Below are positions 16,600 to 25,855 of a stretch of 64,000 nucleotides of DNA, piece after piece. The DNA is taken from positions 15,296 to 79,295 of the forward strand of contig JBKHII010000007.1 in NCBI GenBank assembly GCA_046538735.1. Direction: 5' to 3'. This DNA comes from Spirochaetales bacterium. Its GTDB lineage: Bacteria; Spirochaetota; Spirochaetia; DSM-27196; SLST01. The notes below the pieces were generated by a model. That model did no database searches. It was not told the DNA's origin and was given only the letters and a program-made list of their open reading frames with translations. Both the position numbers and the translations under genes were made by a program. Every line of letters starts with the position of its first letter. Within the stretch, counting starts at the first letter, position 1.

Positions 16600-17025
16600 G
16601 TGAGCTCATCGCCCGAACAGACGGCCGCGCTCGGCCGGCGAATCGCTTCGCGCCTGAATCCGGGCTCGATCCTCCTGCTGGACGGTCCCCTGGGCGCCGG
16701 GAAAACCGCGCTCGCGAAGGGGATCGCCGCAGGGCTCGGGGTCGGCGAGACCGTCACGAGCCCCACGTACACGATCGTCAGCGAGTATCGAGGGCGGTTG
16801 CCCCTCTACCATGTCGATCTCTACCGTATCTCGGACGAGGAGGAGTACCTGAACCTCGGACTCGAGGAGCTCCTGTACGCCGACGGTGTATCGCTCGTGG
16901 AGTGGCCCGAACGCGCCGGCGCCCCCATACCCGGAGCCACCGCCACGCTCTCGATCCGGATCCGCGAGGATGGACGGCGCGAGATTTGCGGTCCCGCGAC
17001 GCTGCTCTCGGAGGAAGGAGCGTGA
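16600..17025 (+). CDS. tsaE: tRNA t6A37 biosynthesis ATPase TsaE
   Basis: LDGPLGAGKTALAKGIAAGLG...VTSPTYTIVSEY...LYHVDLYR. Confidence 0.9.
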   Translation: MSSSPEQTAALGRRIASRLNPGSILLLDGPLGAGKTALAKGIAAGLGVGETVTSPTYTIVSEYRGRLPLYHVDLYRISDEEEYLNLGLEELLYADGVSLVEWPERAGAPIPGATATLSIRIREDGRREICGPATLLSEEGA

Positions 17026-17756
17026 ACCACCTCGCGATCGATACGGCGACCGAGATACTCTCGGTCGCGCTGCGCGTTGGCTCCGAGGTCGGTCCCCCGG
17101 AGTCGGACCGGGCACGCCATCACCGCGACTACGTCGCGGTGCGCGACGTCGGACTCAAGCACACCGAACGGCTGCTTCCGATCGTGGACGCGCTCCTCTC
17201 CGAGGCAGGGATCGCCGCTCGGCAACTGGACCTCGTATCGTGCACGCGGGGCCCGGGATCGTTCACGGGTCTGCGCATCGGCATGGCCACGGCCAAGGGG
17301 CTCGCGGCCGCGGTCGCCGGAGCGCACGATCTCGAGCGGCTGCCGCTCGTCTCGGTCTCCACGCTCGACGCGATGGCGCGACGCATTCCCGAGGTCGGCA
17401 CGATCGTGCTCCCCGTCATAGACGGCAAGAAAGGTCGTTTCTACGGCGCCGCCTACTTCGGCGGCACGCGACGCACGACCGACCTCGATCTACCGGTCGA
17501 TCAGCTCCTGAGCCGCGCCCGGGAATCGGTGCCGGAGGCGACCCGGGTCATCGTCACCGGACCGCATGCGGCCGCATTCGCAGAACGCGCAGGCTCGAAC
17601 GACATGGTGGTGGATCCGGCCTGCCGCTGTGGCTGGGCCCACGTGCTGCTGAATGAGGCTCTTCTCAGGCTCGAGCGGGACGGGTTCGACTCGGACGGGC
17701 AGGGGCCGGACTACGCGCGCGGAAGCGACGCCGAGCCGGCTCGTTCCACGCCGTAG
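17022..17756 (+). CDS. tsaB: tRNA t6A37 biosynthesis protein TsaB
   Basis: VNHLAIDTATEILSVAL...GPGSFTGLRIGMATAKGLA. GTG overlaps the tsaE TGA (GTGA). Confidence 0.85.
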   Translation: MNHLAIDTATEILSVALRVGSEVGPPESDRARHHRDYVAVRDVGLKHTERLLPIVDALLSEAGIAARQLDLVSCTRGPGSFTGLRIGMATAKGLAAAVAGAHDLERLPLVSVSTLDAMARRIPEVGTIVLPVIDGKKGRFYGAAYFGGTRRTTDLDLPVDQLLSRARESVPEATRVIVTGPHAAAFAERAGSNDMVVDPACRCGWAHVLLNEALLRLERDGFDSDGQGPDYARGSDAEPARSTP

Positions 17757-17760
17757 GGAC

Positions 17761-18033
17761 TCAGCTCTCGTCCTCCGGTTTCCCGGTCACCTCGGGCCGA
17801 TCCGGCCGTTGCAGCGAGGGCAGCGAGCGCCCCGCCCCGCCGGCCGCGGCGCTCCTCGCCGCTTCGCGGTTCTCGGCCTGGATCGCTTCGTACACCTCTT
17901 GCCGGTACACCTTGACGTGCCGAGGTGCCTCGATACCGAGCTTGATCTGATCGCCCTTGATATCGATGACCGAGACGCGGATGTCCTCACCGATCACGAT
18001 GGTCTCGTTGACCCTGCGTGCGAGAATGAGCAT
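17761..18033 (-). CDS. csrA: Carbon storage regulator CsrA (flagellar type, long C-terminal tail)
   Basis: [48 protein letters not shown]. 90 aa. ATG overlaps the fliW TAA by 1 nt. Confidence 0.95.
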   Translation of the reverse strand: MLILARRVNETIVIGEDIRVSVIDIKGDQIKLGIEAPRHVKVYRQEVYEAIQAENREAARSAAAGGAGRSLPSLQRPDRPEVTGKPEDES

Positions 18034-18476
18034 TATCGGCTCCTCGCGCCGGCCAGCTCCTCGAGAATAAGGTGTTTCGTCTTCCACGTCTGATCGAGCG
18101 AGATCGCCTGCCTGCCGAGCTGCTTCACGCGGTTGATAACGATCGGCCCCTGCAGGTTCGCGCTGATCTTGGTCTCGTCCTCGGGAATCGTGACGATCGC
18201 GAAGGCAAGGACGTCCTCATCGCTCTCGTACTCGATCGCCTCGAGATCCTCATCGGCCACGTCCAGAACGTAGTCGGGCCTCAGATCGTACGGATTGAGC
18301 ATGATGAACGCGATCGCCGGGTCGTCCAAGCTCTGGAGCCAATAGAATCCTTCCTGGGCGGCATCGAGCAAGGCGTATCGGCGAAGCTCTTCGAACCCGA
18401 AGATGCCGACGGGGAACGTGATGACCTGTCGCTCGCTGACTTCAATGGGGCCGTACGGCCGTGACTCGATTCTCAT
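18033..18476 (-). CDS. fliW: Flagellar assembly factor FliW
   Basis: [20 protein letters not shown]...[20 protein letters not shown]...[10 protein letters not shown]. Confidence 0.95.
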   Translation of the reverse strand: MRIESRPYGPIEVSERQVITFPVGIFGFEELRRYALLDAAQEGFYWLQSLDDPAIAFIMLNPYDLRPDYVLDVADEDLEAIEYESDEDVLAFAIVTIPEDETKISANLQGPIVINRVKQLGRQAISLDQTWKTKHLILEELAGARSR

Positions 18477-18477
18477 G

Positions 18478-19725
18478 TTACCTCAGGAAGTCCAGCAATG
18501 TCGGCTGCATGATCCGCGCCGCGGCTCCGAGCGCCGCGCGATGCGTGTACTCGAGCTTGCGAAGCTCGGTGATTCGCTCCGTCATGTCCACGTCGACCTC
18601 GTTCGAGTATCGCTCGGTGATCTCGGGGATCGTGCTCTCGGTTCGCTCGAACGCGAGCTGCAGGCGCTCGTCGTACGAACCGAGCTTCCCGAGCTTCCCG
18701 AGCACGTTGTCCAACGCGCTGTCGATGCCGCCGAGGGCCCGACCTCCTACGTCGATTGTATCACCCGTGGCAAGCCGATCCCGGAGCGTAATCAACGTAT
18801 CGAACATCGAGCCTCCAAACACACGAGCTGAGGACGCGAGATTCTGCGGCGGCGCGTTGCCGCGACCGTTCAAGATGCCGAGATCGGCGAGTACTTCGCC
18901 GTCCGCCCCGTCGTCCAGCCAGAGCTGGTGCGGCGTGGTCGACTCGATCACGAGCGAGTTCTGAACCGGATCGAGCCGCGCGCGCGCCGGGGCGCCCGAC
19001 TCGTTGATCCTCGCGATGATCGCCGAGATGTTGTCACCGGCGCGCAACCGGATCTCCTCGCCGTCTACGTGGATCGCGGTGTCCTGTTGCACGACGTAGC
19101 TCGTCGCGTCCACACTGCTGAAGACCTGTTGATTCTCCGCCCAGAACACCTCGTTGCCGGCGAAGTTGAGCGGAATGTAGCTCCCGTCCGCGATCTCGGT
19201 CCGGTTCTCGTTGATCGTACCCAGGTACTGCACCTGCGAGACAACCGGCTCTCCAAAGCCTTCCACGCGCCCCTCGATCACACGGAACGGCGTCGTCTTC
19301 GTTCGGTCTCCTGCGAAGAGCATCGCGCCGTCGCCGCCCTTCGCGTTCGCAACCTCTACGAGCTGATTGAGGAGCTGATTGATCTCCCCCGCCATTGCCT
19401 GCTGATCCTGCTGCGTGTAGGTCCCGTGCGCCCCCTGAATCGCAAGCTCGCGCGCCCGCTGGAGGATCCCGACGGCTTCCTGCATGTACGTTTCGCTCTC
19501 GCGATGCCGCAGCTGCGCCATCTCGATGTTCTCCGAGTATCGCTTCAGCCGGTAGAGGTAGCTCTGGTGGCGCGTCGCGTGCGCGGCCGCCGCCGGATCA
19601 TCGCGCAGCTCCTGGATCCGGTTCTGGCTCGCGATCTGATTCTGCGTGTTCAGCAGTCGAGCCTCGCGCTGACGCGCGTAGTACTGCATGTCGTCGTTGG
19701 GCATGTTCGTGCTAATGCGCTGCAT
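18478..19725 (-). CDS. flgL: Flagellar hook-associated protein 3 FlgL
   Basis: MQRISTNMPNDDMQYYARQREARLLNTQNQIASQNRIQELRDDP. Flagellin-like termini. Downstream of flgK. Confidence 0.9.
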   Translation of the reverse strand: MQRISTNMPNDDMQYYARQREARLLNTQNQIASQNRIQELRDDPAAAAHATRHQSYLYRLKRYSENIEMAQLRHRESETYMQEAVGILQRARELAIQGAHGTYTQQDQQAMAGEINQLLNQLVEVANAKGGDGAMLFAGDRTKTTPFRVIEGRVEGFGEPVVSQVQYLGTINENRTEIADGSYIPLNFAGNEVFWAENQQVFSSVDATSYVVQQDTAIHVDGEEIRLRAGDNISAIIARINESGAPARARLDPVQNSLVIESTTPHQLWLDDGADGEVLADLGILNGRGNAPPQNLASSARVFGGSMFDTLITLRDRLATGDTIDVGGRALGGIDSALDNVLGKLGKLGSYDERLQLAFERTESTIPEITERYSNEVDVDMTERITELRKLEYTHRAALGAAARIMQPTLLDFLR

Positions 19726-19728
19726 CTA

Positions 19729-21606
19729 CTACACTCCCATTCGGTTGATGATCGTATCGAGCATCTCGTCCACCTCCGAGATGAAACGCGCCGCCGCCGA
19801 GTAACCGTGCTGATACTTGATCATCTGCGCGATCTCTTCGTCGACGTTGACGCCGCTGATGCTGTCGCGAGTATCGCGGAGATCCTTCATGATCGCGTTC
19901 TGCGTTGCGAGCGAGAGCTCGGCTTCCTCGCCCTTCAGCGCCACGCCCGCGACGGCATCGGCGAAGTAGTCGTCGAAGGTGGAGATCCGGCCGACCTGGA
20001 CGGTCTGATTGCGAATCGCCGCGATCTGGAGCGCGCCGCTGCCGTCGCCCGGATTGCCGGGTCGGCCGGCGTCCCCGAGGCTCGCCGCGATACGCGCCGG
20101 CTCCCGCACGAGGTCTTCGTTCACGCCGATCCAGCCGGCAGGGTGCGCCAGCGGCGCCACGGCGTAATCGAGCCCGTCCCCCCGCAGGGCGAGCACCGCG
20201 TCGGCCTGTTCCCATCCATAGGCGTTCTCCGGCCCCGAGCCTTGCAGAATGCCCGCGTAGCCGGAGAGGAACCGGCCCGAGTCTTCAAGGTAGCGGATCA
20301 CGAAGTCGGGGTCTTCACTCGCCTCCGCCGGGGTCCCCTTGAGCGTGAGGCGGCCGTCGTAGTCGAGGCGCGCGACGACTTCGCTGGACGAGTGGTTGAT
20401 TCGGTTGATCACGTCGGCGACGGTATCGGTGGGAGCGTAGTCGATGCTCACGAGCCCGCTCGGGCCGCTCAGCGTGAGTGTCCCGCCGAGACCGATCTGC
20501 TCTTGCGGATCGAGCCGGTTTGCACCGCTGATCCGGAAGACGTAGGTGGAATCGAACTCCCCGTCGCCGTTGCGATCGTAGTTGCCGAGTGCGTTATTCA
20601 CGAAGGGATACTCGGTGAAGAAGTCGTTGTCGGTCGAGCCGTCCAGCCCGTACGCCTCGCGGTGCACCTCGTTCACGAGGTCGGCGAGGTTGACCGCCAT
20701 GTTGTCCAAGCTCTGGATCTCGCCGCGGACGTCCACGTCGCGCAGCTCGAGCAGCGCGGCGAGCTTGCCGTCCGTGAACCGCGTCTCCTCGCGCCCTTCG
20801 CTCCAGACGACGCGCGAGAAGCCCTCGTTCTCGGTGTCGCCCTCGGTATCGAGCGGAATCGCGACCGAGCCCTGGACGAGCTGGTAGCCGCCCGTGTGGA
20901 CGTTGTACTCGTCCTTGTCGGTCGTGTTGATCGTGATGTTGATGTACTGCGAAAGCTGCTCAACGCGCAGATCGCGCTGGTCGAGCCAATCGTTCGGGTC
21001 GTCGCCGGCGGCTCGGACCTTGACGATCTCCTCGTTGAGCGCGGCGATCTCACGCGTGAGGTCGTTGATCTCCTCCACGGCAATCTGGACCTCGTCCTCG
21101 AGCATCGATCTGATCTGCTCGAGGTTCTGGTAACGGTTCTGGATTCCCTCCACCAACGCCTGACCGCGAGTCAGGACGTTTTGCCGCGCAGCCATCTGTT
21201 CGGGAAAGGCGCTCAGCTCCTGCCACGAGTCCCAGAAACGGTCCGTGAGCGAGCGAACCGAGACGTCCACCGGCTCGTTGTAGATCTGTTCGAGCATCCG
21301 CACGTACTTGTCGCGGCTCTCCCAGTAGCCTTCGCCGCTCGCCTGGCTCACGATGCGCCCCTCGAGCAGCATGTCGCGGATGCGCTCCACGCGCGCGATG
21401 TCCACGCCCTGTCCGATCTGTCCCGGTGTCTCGGCCCGGTTGAGCTGCGGTCGATAAAGCGGGTCGGTCGGCTCAAACTCGACGCGTTGACGGCTGTAAC
21501 CTTCAACGCTCGCGTTCGAGAGGTTGTGTCCCACGGTCTGCAGGCCCCGGTTCTGCGCGAAGAGGCTGCGCTTGCCGAGCTCTATTCCTGAAAACGTCGA
21601 TTGCAT
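19729..21606 (-). CDS. flgK: Flagellar hook-associated protein 1 FlgK
   Basis: MQSTFSGIELGKRSLFAQNRGLQTVGHNLSNASVEGYSRQRV and C-terminal GVNVDEEIAQMIKYQHGYSAAARFIS. SD GGGGGAGAA before ATG 21606. Confidence 0.95.
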   Translation of the reverse strand: MQSTFSGIELGKRSLFAQNRGLQTVGHNLSNASVEGYSRQRVEFEPTDPLYRPQLNRAETPGQIGQGVDIARVERIRDMLLEGRIVSQASGEGYWESRDKYVRMLEQIYNEPVDVSVRSLTDRFWDSWQELSAFPEQMAARQNVLTRGQALVEGIQNRYQNLEQIRSMLEDEVQIAVEEINDLTREIAALNEEIVKVRAAGDDPNDWLDQRDLRVEQLSQYINITINTTDKDEYNVHTGGYQLVQGSVAIPLDTEGDTENEGFSRVVWSEGREETRFTDGKLAALLELRDVDVRGEIQSLDNMAVNLADLVNEVHREAYGLDGSTDNDFFTEYPFVNNALGNYDRNGDGEFDSTYVFRISGANRLDPQEQIGLGGTLTLSGPSGLVSIDYAPTDTVADVINRINHSSSEVVARLDYDGRLTLKGTPAEASEDPDFVIRYLEDSGRFLSGYAGILQGSGPENAYGWEQADAVLALRGDGLDYAVAPLAHPAGWIGVNEDLVREPARIAASLGDAGRPGNPGDGSGALQIAAIRNQTVQVGRISTFDDYFADAVAGVALKGEEAELSLATQNAIMKDLRDTRDSISGVNVDEEIAQMIKYQHGYSAAARFISEVDEMLDTIINRMGV

Positions 21607-21626
21607 CGCTTCTCCCCCTGGCCCGC

Positions 21627-22178
21627 TCAAAGCCTCCGGTCGAGCACCATCGCCCTTCCGTCGGTCGGGTTCCGCCTGCCGTGCCTCGAGTAGATGGTGC
21701 CCTTCTGGTCGGGGTAGATCACCCCGAGCATCTCGTTCGTCGCGCGAAGACTCCCGCGCACGAACGAGTCGATCCCGCGCGTCATGCCCTTCACACGAAG
21801 CACGGCCACCTGGAGCTCTCGAAAGAGGCCGGAGAGAGGTCGACGGTCGACTTCAGGGACTCGGTCGAGCAGTTCCGCGAAACTCGCCTCCGTCGGGAGC
21901 CCCGCGTCGCGCTTCGCCTCGTCAAAAAGCTCCTGCCGGCAATCATCCAGCGCCGAGACCTCACGGCTCAGTCGTTCCATCTCCGGGACCAGACCGTCGA
22001 TCGTCTCCCAGTCGCGGGCAACGATCGCCTCCTGGAGCTGTTGCTGCCGCTCCCCGAACTCGTTCATGAGCTCCGCCTGTCGCGACAGTTGTTCCTTCAG
22101 TTCCTCGTAGGCATACGTCATCGCTTTGATTGTCGGCCGGTTCGATTGCGTTGATAAGTGGGAGCTTGCTATAGTCAT
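21627..22178 (-). CDS. FlgN-like flagellar export chaperone (putative)
   Basis: Helical protein directly upstream of flgK (LKEQLSRQAELMNEFGERQQQLQEAIVARDWETI). The assignment rests on position and pattern. Start could be 22121. Confidence 0.55.
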   Translation of the reverse strand: MTIASSHLSTQSNRPTIKAMTYAYEELKEQLSRQAELMNEFGERQQQLQEAIVARDWETIDGLVPEMERLSREVSALDDCRQELFDEAKRDAGLPTEASFAELLDRVPEVDRRPLSGLFRELQVAVLRVKGMTRGIDSFVRGSLRATNEMLGVIYPDQKGTIYSRHGRRNPTDGRAMVLDRRL

Positions 22179-22186
22179 ATCAACGC

Positions 22187-22215
22187 TTGACGGAGCCCCG
22201 GAGCATCGGTATCTA
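22187..22215 (+). promoter_or_regulatory. Sigma70-type promoter TTGACG-N17-TATCTA for trxB
   Basis: TTGACG 22187-22192 and TATCTA 22210-22215. A 30-nt leader with SD AAGGTG precedes ATG 22246. Confidence 0.5.
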
Positions 22216-22228
22216 TATCGTAACTTTC
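22204..22228 (-). promoter_or_regulatory. Candidate sigma28-type promoter (GAAAGTTA-N11-CCGATGCT) for flgN-like-flgK-flgL-fliW-csrA
   Basis: Minus-strand read gaaagttacgatatagataccgatgct. Resembles TAAAGTTT-N11-GCCGATAA with spacing one short. Confidence 0.35.
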
Positions 22229-22245
22229 ATATATAAGGTGTGAGC

Positions 22246-23211
22246 ATGCAGAGCAAGTACGATATCGTCATCGTGGGAGCGGGAGCGGCCGGACTGACCG
22301 CAGCTCAGTACGGCGCGCGCGCCAACCTCAGGACGCTTGTCCTGGAGAAGACCGCAAACGGCGGCCAGTGCCTGCAGATCGAAGGGCTCGAGAACTACCC
22401 CGGTTTCCCCGATCCGATCAACGGCTACGACTTCACCGAGCTGTTCGAGCGGCAGGCCAGGCAGTTCGGTGCGGAGCTCCGCGTCGCGACGGTGAGCCGA
22501 TTGGACAAACAGGCGGATGAGTTCGTGCTCGAGACGTCCGAGGGCGAGGTGCGCGCGTCCGCCGTCATCCTCGCGACCGGCGCGAAGCATCGCCACCTCG
22601 GCGTGCCGGGCGAGGAAGAGCTCGCCGGGCGCGGCGTCTCCTACTGCGCCACGTGCGACGGCCCCTTCTTCAAGAACCGGCGCATTCTCGTCGTTGGCGG
22701 CGGCGACGCCGCGTGCGACGAGGCGACCTTCCTCTCAAAGCTCTCGGATCGGATCACGCTTGTTCACCGTCGCGACCGGTTCCGCGCGCAACCGGCGGTC
22801 GCGCAGCGCGTGCTCGACAATCCGAACATCACCGTCCGATTCAACACGGTGGTCAGGGAGATCCACGGCGCGAAGAACGCGATGGGGATGGAGCAGGTTG
22901 GCGCCGTCACGCTCGAGGACGTGCGGTCGGGCGAGCTACAGAAGGTGGAGATGGACGCCGTGTTCGTATTCGTCGGATCGATTCCGCAGACCGATCTCGT
23001 CCCTACGCTGCCGAAGGATGAGGCGGGCTATATCGTGACCGATCAGCGAATGGAGACCGCCGTACCCGGACTCTTCGCCGTAGGCGACGTTCGCTCCACT
23101 CCCTTCCGCCAGCTCGTCGTGGCGGCCGGCGAGGGTGCCGTCGCGGCGCACGCCGCGGCGCAGCACATCGAAGCGCTCACGGGCAACGTTTACCAAGAAG
23201 TGACCGCTTGA
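22246..23211 (+). CDS. trxB: Thioredoxin-disulfide reductase
   Basis: YDIVIVGAGAAGLTAA, redox-active CATCDG, and GGGDAACDEA. Confidence 0.95.
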   Translation: MQSKYDIVIVGAGAAGLTAAQYGARANLRTLVLEKTANGGQCLQIEGLENYPGFPDPINGYDFTELFERQARQFGAELRVATVSRLDKQADEFVLETSEGEVRASAVILATGAKHRHLGVPGEEELAGRGVSYCATCDGPFFKNRRILVVGGGDAACDEATFLSKLSDRITLVHRRDRFRAQPAVAQRVLDNPNITVRFNTVVREIHGAKNAMGMEQVGAVTLEDVRSGELQKVEMDAVFVFVGSIPQTDLVPTLPKDEAGYIVTDQRMETAVPGLFAVGDVRSTPFRQLVVAAGEGAVAAHAAAQHIEALTGNVYQEVTA

Positions 23212-24995
23212 TATACTCGCCACCACCGGTGAGCGAAGCGAAATCGAAACACCTCGGATCGATCCTCCTCGCAGCACTGCTCCTGTCGTCCGCCTCGCCG
23301 GATGCAGGAGCGCTCTCGTTCTGGGACGACGTTCCCAACGCGACGCTTCGCGAACGCCTGCTCGAGGCGATGACCCCGCAGGAGGTGATCGCGCAGACGC
23401 TCATGCTCGGGTGGCTCGGCGAACGACCGAGCGCCGAGATCGTGGAGTGGCTCGCCGAGACGAGTCTGGGCGGCGTGAAGGTGTTCGGCTGGAACGGCGG
23501 CAACCTCGTCACGCTCGCCGAGACGCTCGGCGAGATGCAGGGGCGGGCGAGCGAGCATCGGCTGGGAGTCCCGCTCATCACGGCGACCGACCAGGAGGGC
23601 GGCTGGGTGCGCCACGTGAAGGGGCGCGACGATCTCACCACGTCCATCACGCCCGGAAACATGGCGATCGGCGCGTCCAGCCTGCCGTACGACGCGTATC
23701 GCAGCGCGTACTACATCGGCATGGAGTTGCGCGCGCTCGGCATCAACATGAACTTCGCGCCGACCGTGGACGTCTACGTGAACCCCGAGGCGCACGTCAT
23801 TGGGCCGCGCGCGTTCTCGGACGATCCCGTCCTGACCGGCGTCCTCGGCGTTGCATTCTATCAGGGGCTCGAAGAGGCTCGCGTCATCGCGACGGCGAAG
23901 CACTTTCCGGGACACGGAAATGCCGCGGAGGACTCGCACGGCGTACTCCCGGTCCTTGACGACTCGTACGACGAGCTCGCCGGCCGCGACCTCGTCCCGT
24001 ATCGCTTCCTCGTGAACGAGGGCGTGCCGGCGGTTCTCACCGGACACCTGAGCTTCCCGAACGTCTCGGGCGACGAACGTCCCGCCTCGCTGTCGCCCCA
24101 CTTCATCCACGATCTTCTGCGCGGAACGCTCGGCTTCCGCGGCCTCGTCATTACGGACGACCTCTACATGGGCGGCGCGTGGGAGTACGGCGCCGACCAC
24201 GGCTGGGGAATCGCGGAGATCGTGATCGAGGCGCTCCGCGCCGGTAACGACATGGTCATGCTCTCCCGCACGCCCGACCTCAACGGCGCGCTGACCGATC
24301 GGCTCGTTGAGCTCTACAACGCAGATCCCGACTTCCGCGCGCGTGTGCGCGACGCAGCCGGCCGCGTGCTCGACCTGAAGCTCGCCTACCTGAAACCGAC
24401 CGATCGCGTGCCTCTCGAACCCGACTCCGATCGCCTCGCCGATTCGATCCGCGCACAGGGCGGCGCGAGCTTCTTCCGGGACCAGGCGGGGCGAAGCGTA
24501 GCGGTACTCCGCGACGCCGGGCTGCCTCTGGAGATCGGTTCGGACGAGCGAATCCTTCTCGCCGGCAAAGATCTCGACTTCCTGCGGATCGGCGAAGAGC
24601 TCATCCCGGACGCGGACGTCTACCGCATCGGTTCGCCGCGCTTCGTGGGAACGGACGCACGGGATCGCGTCTCATTCCGGGATGCCGCGGCGCGATACGA
24701 CACGGTAGTCTTCTGTCTCTCCGATACCAGTACCGCCGAGATCCTCGCGGCCGCGGAGGGCGTAGAGGCGCGGATCGTCATCTTTTCGATCCTTACACCC
24801 GTCTACCTCTCGGACCTGCCGTGGGTCGAGTCGGCGATCGCCGTCTTCGGGTGGGGAGTGGAGTCGTTCCGCGCCGGCTACTCGGTGCTCCTGGGCAGGG
24901 TCGCTCCCGAGGGTACCTCGCCGCTCGCGCTCAGGCACGCCAACGAGGGAGAGAACGCCGAGGAAAAGAACGCCCCGCTTCCGGAGTCGGACTGA
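23208..24995 (+). CDS. Glycoside hydrolase family 3 (NagZ-like beta-N-acetylhexosaminidase), secreted
   Basis: Signal peptide KHLGSILLAALLLSSASP. GH3 motifs ATDQEGGWV, NFAPTVDV, KHFPGHG. Start is TTG 23208 or GTG 23229. Confidence 0.85.
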   Translation: MIYSPPPVSEAKSKHLGSILLAALLLSSASPDAGALSFWDDVPNATLRERLLEAMTPQEVIAQTLMLGWLGERPSAEIVEWLAETSLGGVKVFGWNGGNLVTLAETLGEMQGRASEHRLGVPLITATDQEGGWVRHVKGRDDLTTSITPGNMAIGASSLPYDAYRSAYYIGMELRALGINMNFAPTVDVYVNPEAHVIGPRAFSDDPVLTGVLGVAFYQGLEEARVIATAKHFPGHGNAAEDSHGVLPVLDDSYDELAGRDLVPYRFLVNEGVPAVLTGHLSFPNVSGDERPASLSPHFIHDLLRGTLGFRGLVITDDLYMGGAWEYGADHGWGIAEIVIEALRAGNDMVMLSRTPDLNGALTDRLVELYNADPDFRARVRDAAGRVLDLKLAYLKPTDRVPLEPDSDRLADSIRAQGGASFFRDQAGRSVAVLRDAGLPLEIGSDERILLAGKDLDFLRIGEELIPDADVYRIGSPRFVGTDARDRVSFRDAAARYDTVVFCLSDTSTAEILAAAEGVEARIVIFSILTPVYLSDLPWVESAIAVFGWGVESFRAGYSVLLGRVAPEGTSPLALRHANEGENAEEKNAPLPESD

Positions 24996-24997
24996 AG

Positions 24998-25852
24998 ATG
25001 GCGTGGGTTCGACTGAACGAGGAGCTGCTCGACCCGCTCATGAGATTCCTTGGTGCGCTCGAGTCGGGATGCGTACCGTTCACCGAACGCCTCATCGCGA
25101 CCGGTCGGCTGAGCGCGCCTCCCCGGTCGCAATCGTCCGTCTTCGTGCGGCTCGAGCGAGGACCGACCGTATCGGGAGCGGTCCTCCAGACCACGAGCGG
25201 TCTCTACTATCCGGTGCTCGACCCGGCGAATCCGCAGCTGGAGCCGGACGCCGTCCGGCTCCTTGCGAGAAGCGGGAGGCGCATCTACTCCGTCATGGGC
25301 CGGATTCGGGACGTCGTCGCGCTCGAGGCCGTGCTCCCTCGGCGACCGCAGCAGGCGCTCGAGTACCACCTGATGTCACAGGAGGAGCCTCCGCCGGACA
25401 TCCCGCTGCCACGCCTGCCTCGGGGGCTTACGATCCGCGAGGTCGGCGAGGAGGCCGCTCGGCACCTGTTTGACATCCAGAAGAAGTATGAGATAGAAGA
25501 AGTGCTGCTGCCGGGGAACACATTGAGTCCCACGGCGACCATGCAGCATCTGAGGCAGACGCTTCGTTCTCAGATGGTTCTCGTCGCCGAGATCGAGGGG
25601 GTTCCCGTGGGGAAGGCCAACACAAACGCGCGTGGCGTCTTCTTCGACCAGATCGGAGGCGTGTTCACCGAACGCTCGCTGCGCTCGCGCGGTGTGGGAA
25701 CCGCATTGATGCTTCGCCTGCTCCGGCGGATCGCAGCGGACGGCAAGAACGGAACGCTCTTCGTGAAAATGGAGAATGCACCGGCAATCACGATGTACCG
25801 GAACATTGGGTTCGCCGTTGAGGACGGCTTTCGGATATCCTATTACAGGTAG
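24998..25852 (+). CDS. GNAT family N-acetyltransferase
   Basis: C-terminal RSRGVGTALMLRLLRRIAADGKNGTLFV...AITMYRNIGF (acetyl-CoA binding fold). ATG lies 2 nt after the GH3 stop. Confidence 0.75.
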   Translation: MAWVRLNEELLDPLMRFLGALESGCVPFTERLIATGRLSAPPRSQSSVFVRLERGPTVSGAVLQTTSGLYYPVLDPANPQLEPDAVRLLARSGRRIYSVMGRIRDVVALEAVLPRRPQQALEYHLMSQEEPPPDIPLPRLPRGLTIREVGEEAARHLFDIQKKYEIEEVLLPGNTLSPTATMQHLRQTLRSQMVLVAEIEGVPVGKANTNARGVFFDQIGGVFTERSLRSRGVGTALMLRLLRRIAADGKNGTLFVKMENAPAITMYRNIGFAVEDGFRISYYR

Positions 25853-25855
25853 AAT

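Noticed and set aside
18928-21591. 887-aa plus-strand ORF antisense to flgL and flgK
   Set aside because: Same reasoning: low-complexity Arg/Leu/Val/Asp composition and full overlap with genes that carry canonical FlgK/FlgL termini.
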